Assembly (NCBI RefSeq): GCF_964204645.1
Contig: NC_134030.1
Location: 16,616,110-16,680,109, forward strand
DNA from: Tubulanus polymorphus
Lineage: Eukaryota; Animalia; Nemertea
Direction: 5' to 3'
DNA length: 64,000 bases
Within the stretch, counting starts at the first letter, position 1. The number at the start of each line of letters is the position of its first letter. Positions 62,122-64,000 of this stretch are shown here, piece by piece. Made by a program: the position numbers and the translations under genes. Under the pieces are notes generated by a model that had not been told where the DNA came from, did not search any database, and was given only the letters and a program-made list of their open reading frames with translations.

Positions 62122-63205
62122 TTATTCTTTTAATTTTACTAGATAAAATCCATTCATTAAATTTATCATCATACCCTTTATATTTCACCAAAGAATACTT
62201 TTTTCCCTTAATAGATTTTGTTTTCAATACTTTTTCTATTTTGTATTCTATTTCATCTGGATTTGGTACAAGTGATAATTCTTGTTCATAGAAATAACCT
62301 AATATTTCTTCATCTTTTAGATCTTCTAGTTTATAAACAAATGGTTTAGTTAATATTATCTTTTTAATCTTGAATATTTCTTCTGTAAAATTAGGGGTAT
62401 AACCTTTATAAAATGTTTTTCTATATTTAGATATTCTTACGTGTTGTCCTATTTTAAATTTAGGTTCGCCGAAATCATGTGTAACAAATGCTCCATATAA
62501 ATTATTCCAAACTATTTCCGAATTATCTTCTTTTCTAGCTTGTATATGTTTCATATTTATAGAACTATGTTTAGAATTTTTATAACCATTCACTAAATCA
62601 TCTAAAACATCGATATATTTATATGTTTCATTAGCAGTAAAATATTTCCACATTCTAGTTTTCAATGTTTTATTAAATCTTTCTATAATAGATGCTTTTT
62701 TATCTGAATGTGTTGAAAAATATTCTACATCGTTATCAGATAATAGTTTTTTGAAATGTTTGTTATAAAATTCCTTACCTTCATCAAATTGTATCTTATC
62801 TGGAATAGCTTCTTTAAATATTGATTTAAAAGCATTTTTTACTTCGATACCAGTTTTACTTTTGATTGGAATTGACCATGCGTATCGACTGAATATGTCT
62901 ATAACATTCAGTATCCAGAAATATCCTTTGTTGTATTCTTCTAAGTTCTTCATGTCAATTAAATCAGCTTGCCATTGTTGATCGATATATGAAACCATAA
63001 CTTTTCTTGTTAAATAAGTTTTATCCATTTTCTTATGGATTTGATATGTTGGTTGATTTTTTAACCATAATTTCAATTCACTATATTTTATATTACCATT
63101 TTCATTATCAGATTTAATTTTATTCCATAATTCTGAAACGTTTGAATATGATACTTCACTTTCTGGGTTATAATATAAATCTCTTAAATATTGTTCTTTT
63201 TCCAT
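62114..63205 (-). CDS. Polinton retroviral-like (rve) integrase with C-terminal chromodomain, apparently intact
   Basis: WQADLID, IDIFSRY, QFDEGKEF, IERFNKTLK; chromodomain YKIEKVL...LVKYKGYDDKFNEWI. Confidence 0.95.
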   Translation of the reverse strand: MEKEQYLRDLYYNPESEVSYSNVSELWNKIKSDNENGNIKYSELKLWLKNQPTYQIHKKMDKTYLTRKVMVSYIDQQWQADLIDMKNLEEYNKGYFWILNVIDIFSRYAWSIPIKSKTGIEVKNAFKSIFKEAIPDKIQFDEGKEFYNKHFKKLLSDNDVEYFSTHSDKKASIIERFNKTLKTRMWKYFTANETYKYIDVLDDLVNGYKNSKHSSINMKHIQARKEDNSEIVWNNLYGAFVTHDFGEPKFKIGQHVRISKYRKTFYKGYTPNFTEEIFKIKKIILTKPFVYKLEDLKDEEILGYFYEQELSLVPNPDEIEYKIEKVLKTKSIKGKKYSLVKYKGYDDKFNEWILSSKIKRINE

Positions 63206-63264
63206 CTTATTTTAATCCATTAAAAATAGTTTAGATTTAGTTTCAATGACTTTATGATTTGACT

Positions 63265-63569
63265 TATTTTCTGGTATCATCATTGGAATCATCTTTATCA
63301 TCAGATTTGAATTTTGATTTATATATTACACCAGAGAATATAATAACTGTTACTAATCCAATTGTAATATATAAGTAATTATTACTTCCAGCATTAGAAG
63401 AATTAGATGGATTATTATTTGAATTAATATCAGATAAAGTCTGTGATTCATTTATATCAGTTCATTTCTTTTTCTTAGCTTTTTTTAATTCTGCAGATCT
63501 TTTACCCAATTCTCTTGCCCATTTAATTTGTTTCTCGGATCTAACCTTTTTCTTAACGCCATCACTCAT
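63265..63569 (-). pseudogene. Small basic protein with C-terminal TM helix and one in-frame TGA
   Basis: MSDGVKKKVRSEKQIKWARELGKRSAELKKAKKKK*TDINES...YLYITIGLVTVIIFSGVIY. Its start overlaps the upstream stop. Confidence 0.55.
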
Positions 63570-64000
63570 TTATTTTAGTTAATTTTTGTTCTGATTCATT
63601 TTCTGTTTCGCTGTTTGGTTGTAGTACATCTGTTTCGTTCTTACCTGATTTATATTCCATAGGCTTGATATTCGAAAATGTTATGACACCAGTAGAAATT
63701 AATGTCATAACCGATCCTAATTGGAATGAAGCATATCCAACCCATTTTTGTAATTCAGTCATAACTAAGTAGTCATTTTTCAAATCACTATATAATTTAT
63801 TTTCATCATCAATTGGTATTAACCAGTTACATAACTTAGAGTAACATTTGACAATACCATCTGAAATAGAATCATTTATTCGGGCTAATCTTGCCTCTTC
63901 ATAAATCTTAAAATATTTTATTACTTTATCTGGTTTCATAGCATCTAATTCTTGAAAAGTTATTATTTTTCCCAAGAAATCCTTAGATTTCCCTCCAGCA
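63562..64000 (-). CDS. Polinton hypothetical protein (5' end outside the window)
   Basis: Open frame of at least 137 aa, co-directional with the integrase and overlapping the next ORF start. Confidence 0.65.
   Translation of the reverse strand, partial: AGGKSKDFLGKIITFQELDAMKPDKVIKYFKIYEEARLARINDSISDGIVKCYSKLCNWLIPIDDENKLYSDLKNDYLVMTELQKWVGYASFQLGSVMTLISTGVITFSNIKPMEYKSGKNETDVLQPNSETENESEQKLTKINE

Larger units (their letters stand above)
59900..64000. mobile_element. Polinton/Maverick-like endogenous virus segment, running off the window end
   Basis: Tightly packed, intronless AT-rich ORFs: rve integrase with chromodomain, A32 ATPase, HNH nuclease, small TM protein. Confidence 0.9.

Noticed and set aside
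61738-63464. TGA-as-Trp alternative genetic code in the Polinton
   Set aside because: Trp is encoded by TGG in the integrase, TGA ends the 63562 ORF, and the HNH lesion is TAA. Ordinary nonsense decay explains it.

Overview
Eukaryotic, AT-rich DNA, probably from a marine invertebrate (inferred from the transposon families and GT-AG introns). It is almost entirely nested, mostly decayed transposable elements; I found no intact host gene, rRNA, tRNA gene or CRISPR array. In order: a minus-strand Gypsy LTR retrotransposon (5' LTR, tRNA-Ala PBS, gag split by a long-TIR DNA element, -1 frameshift signal, protease, dead RT); Kolobok-like and Harbinger MITEs; a two-gene Harbinger; hAT and foldback elements; several Helentron-type (HINE) elements with 153-bp internal satellites; solo LTRs; an SGNH-hydrolase exon; two spliced THAP-Kolobok transposase pseudogenes; a pogo remnant; a BEL/Pao element with a nested Penelope element; CR1, L2, DIRS, IS3EU-like and EnSpm-like remnants; and two very AT-rich Polinton/Maverick-like segments (about 43.9-46.3 kb and 59.9-64 kb). 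The best candidate for an undescribed system is the Polinton-like virus. It has an intact chromodomain integrase, an A32 ATPase, a giant-virus-type Zn-finger/HNH nuclease, TAAATG gene starts and palindromic modules that occur in flip and flop orientations. Other notable items are a 152-bp solo LTR built on a tRNA-like Pol III promoter, a near-canonical minimal hammerhead ribozyme, a ParB/Srx-like exon and a twin-priming-type 5' inversion in a CR1 LINE. All calls were made by eye without database searches, and coordinates of degenerate elements are approximate.
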